Shown here piece after piece: positions 18,485 through 26,885 of a DNA stretch of 39,221 bases (its first letter is position 1; every line of letters begins with the position of its first letter). The notes beneath the pieces were generated by a model, which worked only from the letters and a program-made list of their open reading frames with translations, did no database searches and was not told where the DNA came from. Source of the DNA: Anaerolineae bacterium (lineage in GTDB: Bacteria > Chloroflexota > Anaerolineae > DRVO01); NCBI GenBank assembly GCA_050945695.1, contig JBMNTK010000004.1, positions 1 through 39,221 of the forward strand. The letters are read 5' to 3'. Both the position numbers and the translations under genes were made by a program.

Positions 18485-20001
18485 TGTTTTCCCTCGGTCA
18501 CATCAACGCGAAACAGCCGGTAGGGCGGGAACTCACCGACGGGGGTGAGGGTGCGGTGATCCTGGAGCCACCGGTAGTTGAGGGCAGGGGGCCGGCCCTG
18601 CCACTGCCGGGCCACGTTGCCCGGGTCCAGCACCAGGTAGAGGGGCTCTGGCCCAGAAGTGAGCCTCTCCAGGCTGGCCGCATCCTGGTGGTAGAGCTCC
18701 ACCACGTCCAGATCGGTGTAGTGGCTCAGGGTCAGGGTGAGGGAGAAGGCCAGGAGGGTGGCATCGGGGGGAAGGGAGGCCTCGATCTGCCGGGCGATCG
18801 CCTTTTCCCCGTTGTGGACGGAGATGAAGCGATCAGCCGAGCGCAGGCCCCACACGACCATGCCCAGCAGGCAGGCTGCCGCCACCAGCCGTACGCCCTG
18901 GGACCAGCGCTTGGCCGCCGCGCCCGACCGGGTGCGGCCCCTCACCAGGCCAGGCGGGTCCGCGGCCAGCCACTCGATCCCGGCCCCGGCCAGTATGGCC
19001 GCCGGAGGGTAGAGCTGGAGGCCGTAGCGGAAATTCTGGTAGGGAATGCCGGCCAGAAAGAGATAGGCGACTCCAAACCAGCCCCCCAGCAGGATGAGCG
19101 CTGGCCAGCTCCGGCTTCGCCCCAGGCGCCAAGCACCCCAGAGGGCGGCCAGCCCCAGGATCGGCAGCATGTAGCCGGGGTGGAAGAGGGCCTGGAGGTT
19201 GTAGACGCCCACCGGCAGGAGGTAGGTGTAGTCCCCGTCCACGCTGGAGAAGGCCCGGCCGAAGGCGTTAGCAGGCCGCCAACCCAGGAGCCAGTGGTGA
19301 GCCAGGCTCTCCGGTCGGTTCAGGCTCAGCCACACCTGCGGGGCCACCACCGCCAGCCCCCCTAGGGCAGGCAGGGTTAGGTATCGCCTGGGGGCGCGCC
19401 GGGCCGTGGCCAGCGCGTAGGCTCCCAGCGGCAGGGCCAGGAGGGCGTAGAGCCAGCGGCTGATCACCGCCAGCCCCAAGCTTACCCCCACCAGAAGCAG
19501 GGTCCCGGCTCGGATGCCTTGACGCTCCGGCACCGGCGGCCAGGCCCGCACCAACAGCCAGACCCCCAGCAGGGCCCAGAACAGGGCAGGGATATCGGCC
19601 ATGATCACGAGTGAAGACAAAACCACCTGGCCGGCCAGGGCCACCATCAGCCCAGCCCAGGCCGCCGCCCGGTTGCCGGCCTCGGGCAACACGGCACGGC
19701 TCAGGCCATAGGTGAGCGGGGCCAAGCCCGCCCCCAGCAACAGGTTCACCGTTTGGGCCGCCCTCGCCCCCGGCCCCAGGACCAACATGGCCACGGCCAC
19801 CACCAGCGGGTAGCCGCTGGGCCAGAAGAAGTCCCGGGCCAGCAGCCCCCGAGCCAGGGCCTGGGCCTGACCCAAGTAGGCATAAGGATCCTGGCCGTAG
19901 AGCCCATCGAAGGGCCACAGCCATAGGACCCCCAAACGAAAGCCCAGGGCCAGCGCAAACAGGCCCAGGCTCACTAGCGCGTCCCGCCTTGTCCTAGACA
20001 T
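18481..20001 (-). CDS. GT-C fold ArnT/PMT-like (GT83/GT39-type) polyprenol-P-sugar-dependent transferase
   Basis: Many TM segments; first-loop acidic motif DGLYGQDPYAY, WPSGYP, MADIP, QNFRY; C-terminal soluble domain. Confidence 0.75.
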   Translation of the reverse strand: MSRTRRDALVSLGLFALALGFRLGVLWLWPFDGLYGQDPYAYLGQAQALARGLLARDFFWPSGYPLVVAVAMLVLGPGARAAQTVNLLLGAGLAPLTYGLSRAVLPEAGNRAAAWAGLMVALAGQVVLSSLVIMADIPALFWALLGVWLLVRAWPPVPERQGIRAGTLLLVGVSLGLAVISRWLYALLALPLGAYALATARRAPRRYLTLPALGGLAVVAPQVWLSLNRPESLAHHWLLGWRPANAFGRAFSSVDGDYTYLLPVGVYNLQALFHPGYMLPILGLAALWGAWRLGRSRSWPALILLGGWFGVAYLFLAGIPYQNFRYGLQLYPPAAILAGAGIEWLAADPPGLVRGRTRSGAAAKRWSQGVRLVAAACLLGMVVWGLRSADRFISVHNGEKAIARQIEASLPPDATLLAFSLTLTLSHYTDLDVVELYHQDAASLERLTSGPEPLYLVLDPGNVARQWQGRPPALNYRWLQDHRTLTPVGEFPPYRLFRVDVTEGKQ

Positions 20002-21022
20002 CGGCCCTTAGCCCCAGGTTCAGGGTGCAGACGCACCGGCGGCAGACCGGATCACGCCGAACGTCCAGCTCCCGCCGGAATACACGAGCCTCAGGCGAGT
20101 TGAGGAGTTGCTCCAGGGGGCGGTCATGAAGGCTGCCCAGGGCCGGCTGGAAGAAGCAGGGCCGCACCGCGCCGTCTGCCTCCACCAGCGCCGAGACCCA
20201 AGGGGCGTTGCACTCTACCTCCGGGAAGTCCCCCTGGCCGGCCAGGGCAGCGTAGTAGCGGACCAGGCGGCGCAGCTTGGCCGGGCTCTCGGAGATGAAG
20301 CCCGAGGTGAAGTCGCGCCGGCGGCGGGCTATGACCTCCTCCAGCATGGTCCCCAGCTCCGCCACTTCACTCGACGAGAGAGCCACATCGGCCACCGGTG
20401 CCCCGGGCCGGTGGTTGAAGGCGGCCGAGGACACGTCCGCCGCCAGGAAGGATACCCGGTCCAGCCCCAGTTCCTGGGCCGCGGCGATGGTCCCTTCTAG
20501 GTCCCGGAAGTTGCGCCGTTGCACTACGCAGCGGGCCGATATGGGAAGGTGGGGATCGAGCCGCCGCAGGGCCTTCACCCCCTGCGCCAGCCGGTCATAG
20601 GCGCCCGGCAGCCCCCGAATGGCGTCGTGAACCGCCCGAGGGCCGTCCAGGGACACGATCACCTGGTCGCACCAGCGCACGATCTCCCGGGCCTGCTCCT
20701 CCAGAAGCAGCCCGTTAGTGAGCAGGGTGAACCGGAGGCCCAGCGGGGAAAGCAGGTCACACAAAGCCCACAGGTCCGAGTGCAGGAGGGCCTCGCCCCC
20801 AGAGAGGGCCACCCGCCGCACCCTGAGAGCGCGCAGGTCGGGCAGATGCGGGGCCAGGTGGGCCGGGGACAGCTCGGCATGGTCGCCTCTCCGCCAGATG
20901 TCGCACATCAGGCAGCGGCCGTTGCACCCGCCGTAGGGCATGAGCACCAGCACCGGCAGGGCATACACCCGGTGCGTGAGCCGGGTCAGGGCTCGTCTGG
21001 CAAGCTCCTCTGGTGTGGGCAA
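19994..21022 (-). CDS. Radical SAM protein with C-terminal SPASM/twitch domain
   Basis: TTG 21022 after GGAGG/GAGG; CNGRCLMC, SGGEAL, TNG, SLDG...HDAIRG; tail CNAPW...GAVRPC...CRRCVC. Confidence 0.9.
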   Translation of the reverse strand: MPTPEELARRALTRLTHRVYALPVLVLMPYGGCNGRCLMCDIWRRGDHAELSPAHLAPHLPDLRALRVRRVALSGGEALLHSDLWALCDLLSPLGLRFTLLTNGLLLEEQAREIVRWCDQVIVSLDGPRAVHDAIRGLPGAYDRLAQGVKALRRLDPHLPISARCVVQRRNFRDLEGTIAAAQELGLDRVSFLAADVSSAAFNHRPGAPVADVALSSSEVAELGTMLEEVIARRRRDFTSGFISESPAKLRRLVRYYAALAGQGDFPEVECNAPWVSALVEADGAVRPCFFQPALGSLHDRPLEQLLNSPEARVFRRELDVRRDPVCRRCVCTLNLGLRADV

Positions 21023-21045
21023 GGTGCCTCGTCCTCCCGGTGAGC

Positions 21046-22515
21046 CTAGAAGCCGCTGGTCTCCGGCCGCTGATACCGCAGCAGCCGGTTGAGGGCCCGC
21101 AGTTCCAAGGGGTAGCGGTACAAGCGCAGGTGATACCGCCACGCCCCTGCGGCACGCAGGAGCCATCGTCGCGGGCCCCGGAGCCGGACATCAGTGGCCG
21201 TCGGGTAGTAGGCGTTGAGCACCCGCTCGAACTCCTGGACCTGCCGGCGGAGGGCGCCTTCGGCCTCGGGCAGGTAGGGACCGCGGCGCTGAGAGAAGTC
21301 CTGCCAGGCGGGGCTCACCCATTCCTCCAAGGTATCGGGGAAGCGAAAGCCCGCCGCCTGCGCCCCCTCGTAGAGCTCACCGGGCACCGGCACGGGGGTG
21401 TAGAAGTAGAGGATGACCTCGGTGTCGGGGTTGACGCGCTTGAGGCGGCGGATGAACTCCAAGGTGGTGCGGATGTCGCCCTCGGGGTCGGGTGGGTTGC
21501 CCAGCACGAAGGACATCTCCGGGACGATCCCGTACTGGCGCATGCGGGCCGCGATCTCGAGGGTCTTCTCCGCCCTGGCCCCGCCCCCTTTGTTCATGCG
21601 CGCCAAGACCTCATCCGACCCCGACTCGGCCCCCAGGAAGGCCATGCGCAGCCCGCTTTGCCGCAGGGTCTCCCAGGTGCGCTCGTGGAAGGCTAGCATG
21701 GTGTCTATGCGCCCCTCGGCCCACCAGCCAATGCCCAGGGGACGGATCCGCTGGGCAAACTCCGCCGTGCGTTCCTCGGAGCAGAAGAAGTTGTTGTCGT
21801 AGAACTCCACCGCATCGGCGCCCCACTCCCGCACCAGCCTGGCCACGGTGCCGGCCGTGCGGGCGGCGGAGCGGGGCAGCCAGCGGCCCCCGGCCATGTT
21901 GACCACAGCGCAGAAGCTACAGGAGAAGGGGCAGCCGTAGCTGGAGTGGTCGGCCACCGTGCGCCTTCCCATGAAGGTGGGCCGCAGGTAGCGGGGCATC
22001 TCCACCCGCCAGTAGGGCAGCTCCGGCAGCTTGTCGGGGTGAGGCGGGGGTGCGGGAGGCTGCGAGTGGATCTGGCCGGTGAGCGGATCTCGCCAGGCCA
22101 GCCCCGGCAGGGGACCGGGTTCCTCGCCCCGGCGCAGCTTATCGGCCAGCGCCAGGAAGGTCATCTCCCCGTGCCCGCGCACCACGTAGTCAACGTAGCC
22201 GGATCGCAGGCAGGCATCGTAGTGCTGGGTGGGGAAGTAGCCTCCCCAGACGACGCTAAGGTGCGGGAAGCGCTCCTTGAGGCGTCGGCATAGCGGGACG
22301 GCGTGGCTGAGTTGGGGCCCCGGCATCACCGTCACCCCCAGCACATTGGCACCGGTCTCCTCCAGGGTCTGCTCCAGCGCCTCCGGCGGCTCCAGGTTGC
22401 CGTCCACGATGCGGTAGTCGTGCTCCCCTTCCAGCAGGGCCCCCAGGGCCAGCAGGGAAAGGGGCAGCACCGGCTTTCGCTGCGCGGAACTGGGGGGATT
22501 GTAGAGGACGATCAT
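21046..22515 (-). CDS. Cobalamin-dependent radical SAM enzyme D (paralog of B)
   Basis: B12-binding N-terminus (YNP...PLSLLALG, VWGGYFPT, RGHGE); GCPFSCSFC; FYDNNF; GAESGS. Confidence 0.93.
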   Translation of the reverse strand: MIVLYNPPSSAQRKPVLPLSLLALGALLEGEHDYRIVDGNLEPPEALEQTLEETGANVLGVTVMPGPQLSHAVPLCRRLKERFPHLSVVWGGYFPTQHYDACLRSGYVDYVVRGHGEMTFLALADKLRRGEEPGPLPGLAWRDPLTGQIHSQPPAPPPHPDKLPELPYWRVEMPRYLRPTFMGRRTVADHSSYGCPFSCSFCAVVNMAGGRWLPRSAARTAGTVARLVREWGADAVEFYDNNFFCSEERTAEFAQRIRPLGIGWWAEGRIDTMLAFHERTWETLRQSGLRMAFLGAESGSDEVLARMNKGGGARAEKTLEIAARMRQYGIVPEMSFVLGNPPDPEGDIRTTLEFIRRLKRVNPDTEVILYFYTPVPVPGELYEGAQAAGFRFPDTLEEWVSPAWQDFSQRRGPYLPEAEGALRRQVQEFERVLNAYYPTATDVRLRGPRRWLLRAAGAWRYHLRLYRYPLELRALNRLLRYQRPETSGF

Positions 22516-23216
22516 GGGTGGCCTCGGTCCAGCCGGTAGACGGTGATGACCTCCCCTGGCGACCGGCGGCGGGCCATGGGCTCCACCCTATACCCCCGCT
22601 CCCGAAAGAACTCCAAGTGGTGGCCATGCTCGGCCAGGGAGGACAGCACCACCAGGGCTGCCCCGTCCTCGGCCAGGTGCTCCCGTAGCCCGGCGCCGAA
22701 GCGCTCCAGAACGTCGGTGGACCAGAGGGCCCGCTCGAACTGATCGCGGGGCTGGCCCGGCAGAAAAGGAGGGTTGAAGAGGACCAGATCGAAGCGCTCC
22801 CCCTGAACGGGGGCAAACAGGTCCCCCTCCCGCACCGTCACCCGTTCCTCGAGCCCATGGAGCAGCACGTTTATGCGGGCGCAGCGGACCGCGTCCGGGT
22901 TGATGTCCACTGCCACCACTTCGCGGGCGTAGCGGGCGGCAAACACGGCCCCGATGCCCGAGCCCGTGCCCATGTCCAGCACCCTCTCCCGCGTCCGCTC
23001 GCCGTCGGCGGACAGCATCTCCGTGACTACCTGGGCCAGGTACTGGCCAGTGCCAAAGAGGACCGGGTTCATCACTTGAGGCAACACCACGATGGGCAAC
23101 CCCAGCACCTGCTCGACCACCACCCGCCCGTGGCGATGGCGCTGGAACGCCCGGAAGCGCAGGTGCAGCAACGCCCTCCAGACTCGCCCCACCGAGGGCC
23201 CCATGACACCCTCCAT
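22512..23216 (-). CDS. HemK/PrmC-like (NPPF) SAM-dependent methyltransferase
   Basis: VLDMGTGSG, AVDINPDAV, GDLFAP, FDLVLFNPPF. Confidence 0.88.
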   Translation of the reverse strand: MEGVMGPSVGRVWRALLHLRFRAFQRHRHGRVVVEQVLGLPIVVLPQVMNPVLFGTGQYLAQVVTEMLSADGERTRERVLDMGTGSGIGAVFAARYAREVVAVDINPDAVRCARINVLLHGLEERVTVREGDLFAPVQGERFDLVLFNPPFLPGQPRDQFERALWSTDVLERFGAGLREHLAEDGAALVVLSSLAEHGHHLEFFRERGYRVEPMARRRSPGEVITVYRLDRGHP

Positions 23217-23217
23217 C

Positions 23218-24024
23218 TCAGTTGACCCCTCCGCCCTGGCGCTCCAGCACCATGAGATAGTGGTCGTTCAGCCACGTCCAGGGGAAGCGCCCTGCCAGGC
23301 GGGTCTCCGCCGCTGCCAGGCGGGCAAAGAGACGGGGCCAGCGCTCCACCAGGTGCGAAAGGTACGAAGGGGGCAGGAAGGCGCCGATCCCCACCAGGCG
23401 GCGGGGCCGGAAGTGGGGCGCCATCTCCCGGGCCAGCCGCCGGGGGGAAGGGTACCAGACGGGCAGGTAGACGCCCGCCCCCACGTGGGCCCGGGCGCCG
23501 GCCCGCAGGCGGCGCAGGGCCCGGCCGAACTGACCATGCAGCCCATACCAGCCGATCTCCCAGGGGCAAAGGGGCGACATGACCACCAGCGCCGCCCACC
23601 CACCCGGCCACACCCAACCAGCTAGTCCCGCCGCCAGCGCCCTTCGGTCCGGCAGGCAGTTGAGCACCCCGAAGTTGGCCAGTACGCCGTCGTAGAGTGC
23701 GGGGGCGCGGCCCCCGATCGTGGACGCATCCAGCTGGGCAAACTCGATCCGGTCGGACAGGCCGGCAGCGCTCGCCTTGCGCGCTGCCACATCCAGCATG
23801 GCCGGGGAGGCGTCGGTGGCCGTCACCCGGACGCCCTGGCGGGCCAGCCATAGGGCATCCTCACCGGTGCCGCAACCCAACTCCAGGACCCGATCCCCGG
23901 GCTGCACCAGCTCCGCTAGGTGACGGTGCACGGCTGCCCGCAGCCAGATTCCGAGCTGGCCGTGGGAGAACGTTCGGTCGTAGTCCCTGGCCACGGCGTC
24001 GAAGGCGGCGCTTGGGCTAGCCAC
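23218..24024 (-). CDS. Class I SAM-dependent methyltransferase
   Basis: FDAVARDYD, VLELGCGTGEDA, DASPAML, DGVLANFGVLNC. Confidence 0.88.
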   Translation of the reverse strand: MASPSAAFDAVARDYDRTFSHGQLGIWLRAAVHRHLAELVQPGDRVLELGCGTGEDALWLARQGVRVTATDASPAMLDVAARKASAAGLSDRIEFAQLDASTIGGRAPALYDGVLANFGVLNCLPDRRALAAGLAGWVWPGGWAALVVMSPLCPWEIGWYGLHGQFGRALRRLRAGARAHVGAGVYLPVWYPSPRRLAREMAPHFRPRRLVGIGAFLPPSYLSHLVERWPRLFARLAAAETRLAGRFPWTWLNDHYLMVLERQGGGVN

Positions 24025-25423
24025 GGCGGCGTCCTCCCTCCACCATACCCTTGGTGAGGCTCATGCCCAGGCGTCCCAGGCGGGCATTGACTAGAGCCTT
24101 GGCCGCGCTCAGGCGTCCCTGCCGGCGACCCAGCCGGTGCTCGTGCAGGCTCATCTCGCCCACCAGCCAGCGGGTGGCATACCGGTAGAAGCGGGAGGAG
24201 CGGCGCCCACGAACGGAGTGGTCCCGGTCTGAGCCCAGGTGCCAGGGTTTGGGCGATACCACCCGGTCCTGAACCTGGGCGTAGTAAGGGGTGCCCTTGA
24301 TGGGGTAGGCCAGCGTGGTGAGGAAGAGGTCGGGGCTGGAGCGGCGCAGGAGATCCAGCGTGGCCTCCAGGTCACTGATCTCCTCGCCCTCGTAGCCCAG
24401 CATGATGAACAGGCCGGCCTGGATACCATAACGCTGGAGGAGCCGCACCACCTCTGGCACCCGCTCGGCATCGGTATCTCGCTCCATGGCATCCAGGATG
24501 CGTTGGGAGCCACTCTCGGCCCCGATCCACACTCGCCGGGCGCCCATTTCGGCCAGGGTACGCACCACTTCCTCGTCCAGCCGGTCCTCGCGGCTGGTGG
24601 TCTCGAAGGGGATGGCGATCTGGCGACGCTTGAGGGAGGCGGCGAAGTCGCTCAGCCAGCGGCGCTGGAGGGTGAAGACGTCGTCGCTGTACCAGAGCGT
24701 ATCGGGCCGGTAGGTGTGCAGGAGCTCCTCCACCTCATCGGCCACGTTCTCGGGGGAGCGACGGCGGTGAGTATAGCCAAAGACGGCGTGGCTGCAGAAG
24801 CGGCAATGGTAGGGGCAGCCGCGCGCGGTGATGAGCGACAGCGACCCCTCTCCGTGGTGCTGGCGCCAGACGTCCAGGTACTGCCCCACGTCTATGGCGG
24901 CCCGGTCGGGGAAGGGCAGCCCGTCTAGGTCCTGGATGTAGGGCCGCGGGGGCGTGGTCACCACCCGGTCGCCCTCGCGATAGGCCAGGCCCCGGATCCC
25001 GGCCAGCCTCCGGGGGCCGTGGCGGGCCAGGTGAGGAAGAAGCTCCTCCAGGGTAAGCTCCCCCTCCCCGATGACCACCACGTCCGCCCCCCGCTCTAAG
25101 TAGTCCTCGGGGTAGTTGGCGGGGTCAGGCCCGCCCACCACTACGGTTGCACCCCGCTCCCGGCAAAGCGGCAGCATCTGGAGCACGGTAGCCCGGGTCA
25201 TCATGTTGGCGTAGATGCCCACTACCGGCGCTCGGGCCTCGTCGAGGTGCTGGGAGAAGTCGGGGAAGGTCTGGAAGGTAGAATCGTAGATGCCGACGTC
25301 GAAGCCCTTGGACTTGAGGTACGACGACAGGTAGAGCAGCCCGAGGGGGGCATAGGGCCGCATGATCTGGCGCTCATGGGCGTCCTGATGGAGGTAGTAG
25401 CCGTGAGCTAGCAGGATGTCCAT
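24017..25423 (-). CDS. Cobalamin-dependent radical SAM enzyme C (paralog of A)
   Basis: ATG 25423 after GAGG; PYAPLGLLYL, GGPD, IGEGE, ARGCPYHCRFC, RSPENV, WIGAESGSQR. Confidence 0.93.
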   Translation of the reverse strand: MDILLAHGYYLHQDAHERQIMRPYAPLGLLYLSSYLKSKGFDVGIYDSTFQTFPDFSQHLDEARAPVVGIYANMMTRATVLQMLPLCRERGATVVVGGPDPANYPEDYLERGADVVVIGEGELTLEELLPHLARHGPRRLAGIRGLAYREGDRVVTTPPRPYIQDLDGLPFPDRAAIDVGQYLDVWRQHHGEGSLSLITARGCPYHCRFCSHAVFGYTHRRRSPENVADEVEELLHTYRPDTLWYSDDVFTLQRRWLSDFAASLKRRQIAIPFETTSREDRLDEEVVRTLAEMGARRVWIGAESGSQRILDAMERDTDAERVPEVVRLLQRYGIQAGLFIMLGYEGEEISDLEATLDLLRRSSPDLFLTTLAYPIKGTPYYAQVQDRVVSPKPWHLGSDRDHSVRGRRSSRFYRYATRWLVGEMSLHEHRLGRRQGRLSAAKALVNARLGRLGMSLTKGMVEGGRRRG

Positions 25424-25430
25424 CGCTTCC

Positions 25431-26849
25431 TCATGACAGGCGGGGGCCCGGACGGAGGCGCTCCACCAGCGCTTTCTCCACCGGCAGTCGGTACCAGTCG
25501 TGGCGGCAACGCCAGCGCGCCACTCCCTGCAGCAGCCGTCGGGGCCAGACCCTGGGCCCCCAGGCCAGGCGGTTGTAGAACCGGAAGCGCTCCACCAACC
25601 GATGAGCCTCTTCATCCATCCAGGGCCCCGGGCCGCCCACGAAGTCGAAGTCCGCCCACCCCTCCAGGGTGTCGGGGAGCTGGTAGCCGGCCTGGGCCAC
25701 CTCCGCGGCGATGCGCGAGCCGGGGTAGGGACGATAGTAGTAGATGGGCGTCTCGAACTGGGGGCTCAGGGCGCGCAGCCGCTTGATGAGCTGCAGAGTC
25801 TGTCTCAGGCTCTCGGGGCTCTCCCCGGGGAAGCCCACGATGAAGGGGAAGATGGCTCCCAGGCCGTGGCGAAGGCACCTCTGGGCGCTGTCGAGCACCT
25901 GCTCGAGGGTGATGTCCTTGTTCATCCACTCCAGCATCTGGGGCGACCCCGATTCGACGCCGATCATCACCCGGCGCAGCCCCGATCGCCGGCACAGGGC
26001 CAGCGCCTCCTCGGGCAGCCGCGCGGCCTGATCGGCGCGCATGGTGGCCGTCCAGGTAATGCTCAGGCCCCGGCGCAGGAACTCCTCGGCGATGCCCACC
26101 ACCCGGCGGGGGCTGGCGAAGAAGGTCTCATCCTGGAAGGCCAGGTCTTGGAAGCGGTAGCGGCGCCACAGGGCTTCCACCTCCTCCCCCACCCGGGAGG
26201 GCTCTATCCCGGTCCACCGGCGCCCAAAGACGAAGGGATCAGCACAGAAGGCGCAGCGGTATGGGCAGCCGGCAGAGGAGATGTAGTCCAGCTGGCGCTG
26301 ACCCTTGGCGGCGAAGTAGGCCTCCACGTCAATGAGGGAGTAGTCCAGGGGCGGGAGGTGATTGACGTTGGTCAGGCCCCGGGCGGGGTTGGTCACGGGA
26401 GGGGCACCGGGTGCCGGGCGCACGGCCGTGCCGGGCAGTCCGACCAAGTCCTGGCCTAGGGCCAGCCGATCCACCAGCTCGGCAAAGGTGACCTCCCCCT
26501 GACCCTGCACGGTCACGTCCACCGCTGTTTCCTCCAGCGGCTGGGTGGGAAAGAGCGACGGGTACCAACCGCCCCAGATCACGGGCAGGTCCGGCCGGTG
26601 AGCCTTAGCCGCCCGGCTGACGCGCAAGGCGTCGCGGATGGGCGCCCCGGTGAGCACGGTGAGGCCCAGGCACAGGGCGTCCTCCAGCTCGCTGATCACC
26701 GCGGCCACCGGGTCGGCCTGGAAGCGGCCGTCTATGATCTGCACGGCGTAGCGCGTGCGCTCCAGGGCCGAGCCCACAGCCAGGAGGCCCAGAGGCATGG
26801 TGTAGAAGACCGTCTGGGGGTTATAGAGGAGCACTTTGTGATGCGTCAT
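25431..26849 (-). CDS. Cobalamin-dependent radical SAM enzyme B
   Basis: YNP...MPLGLLAVG, WGGWYPS, QGQGE, SAGCPYRCAFC, FQDETF, GVESGS, GFPGE. Confidence 0.93.
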   Translation of the reverse strand: MTHHKVLLYNPQTVFYTMPLGLLAVGSALERTRYAVQIIDGRFQADPVAAVISELEDALCLGLTVLTGAPIRDALRVSRAAKAHRPDLPVIWGGWYPSLFPTQPLEETAVDVTVQGQGEVTFAELVDRLALGQDLVGLPGTAVRPAPGAPPVTNPARGLTNVNHLPPLDYSLIDVEAYFAAKGQRQLDYISSAGCPYRCAFCADPFVFGRRWTGIEPSRVGEEVEALWRRYRFQDLAFQDETFFASPRRVVGIAEEFLRRGLSITWTATMRADQAARLPEEALALCRRSGLRRVMIGVESGSPQMLEWMNKDITLEQVLDSAQRCLRHGLGAIFPFIVGFPGESPESLRQTLQLIKRLRALSPQFETPIYYYRPYPGSRIAAEVAQAGYQLPDTLEGWADFDFVGGPGPWMDEEAHRLVERFRFYNRLAWGPRVWPRRLLQGVARWRCRHDWYRLPVEKALVERLRPGPRLS

Positions 26850-26885
26850 GCCTGGGTCCTCGATGGCTATCGTTTGGGCGCGAGC

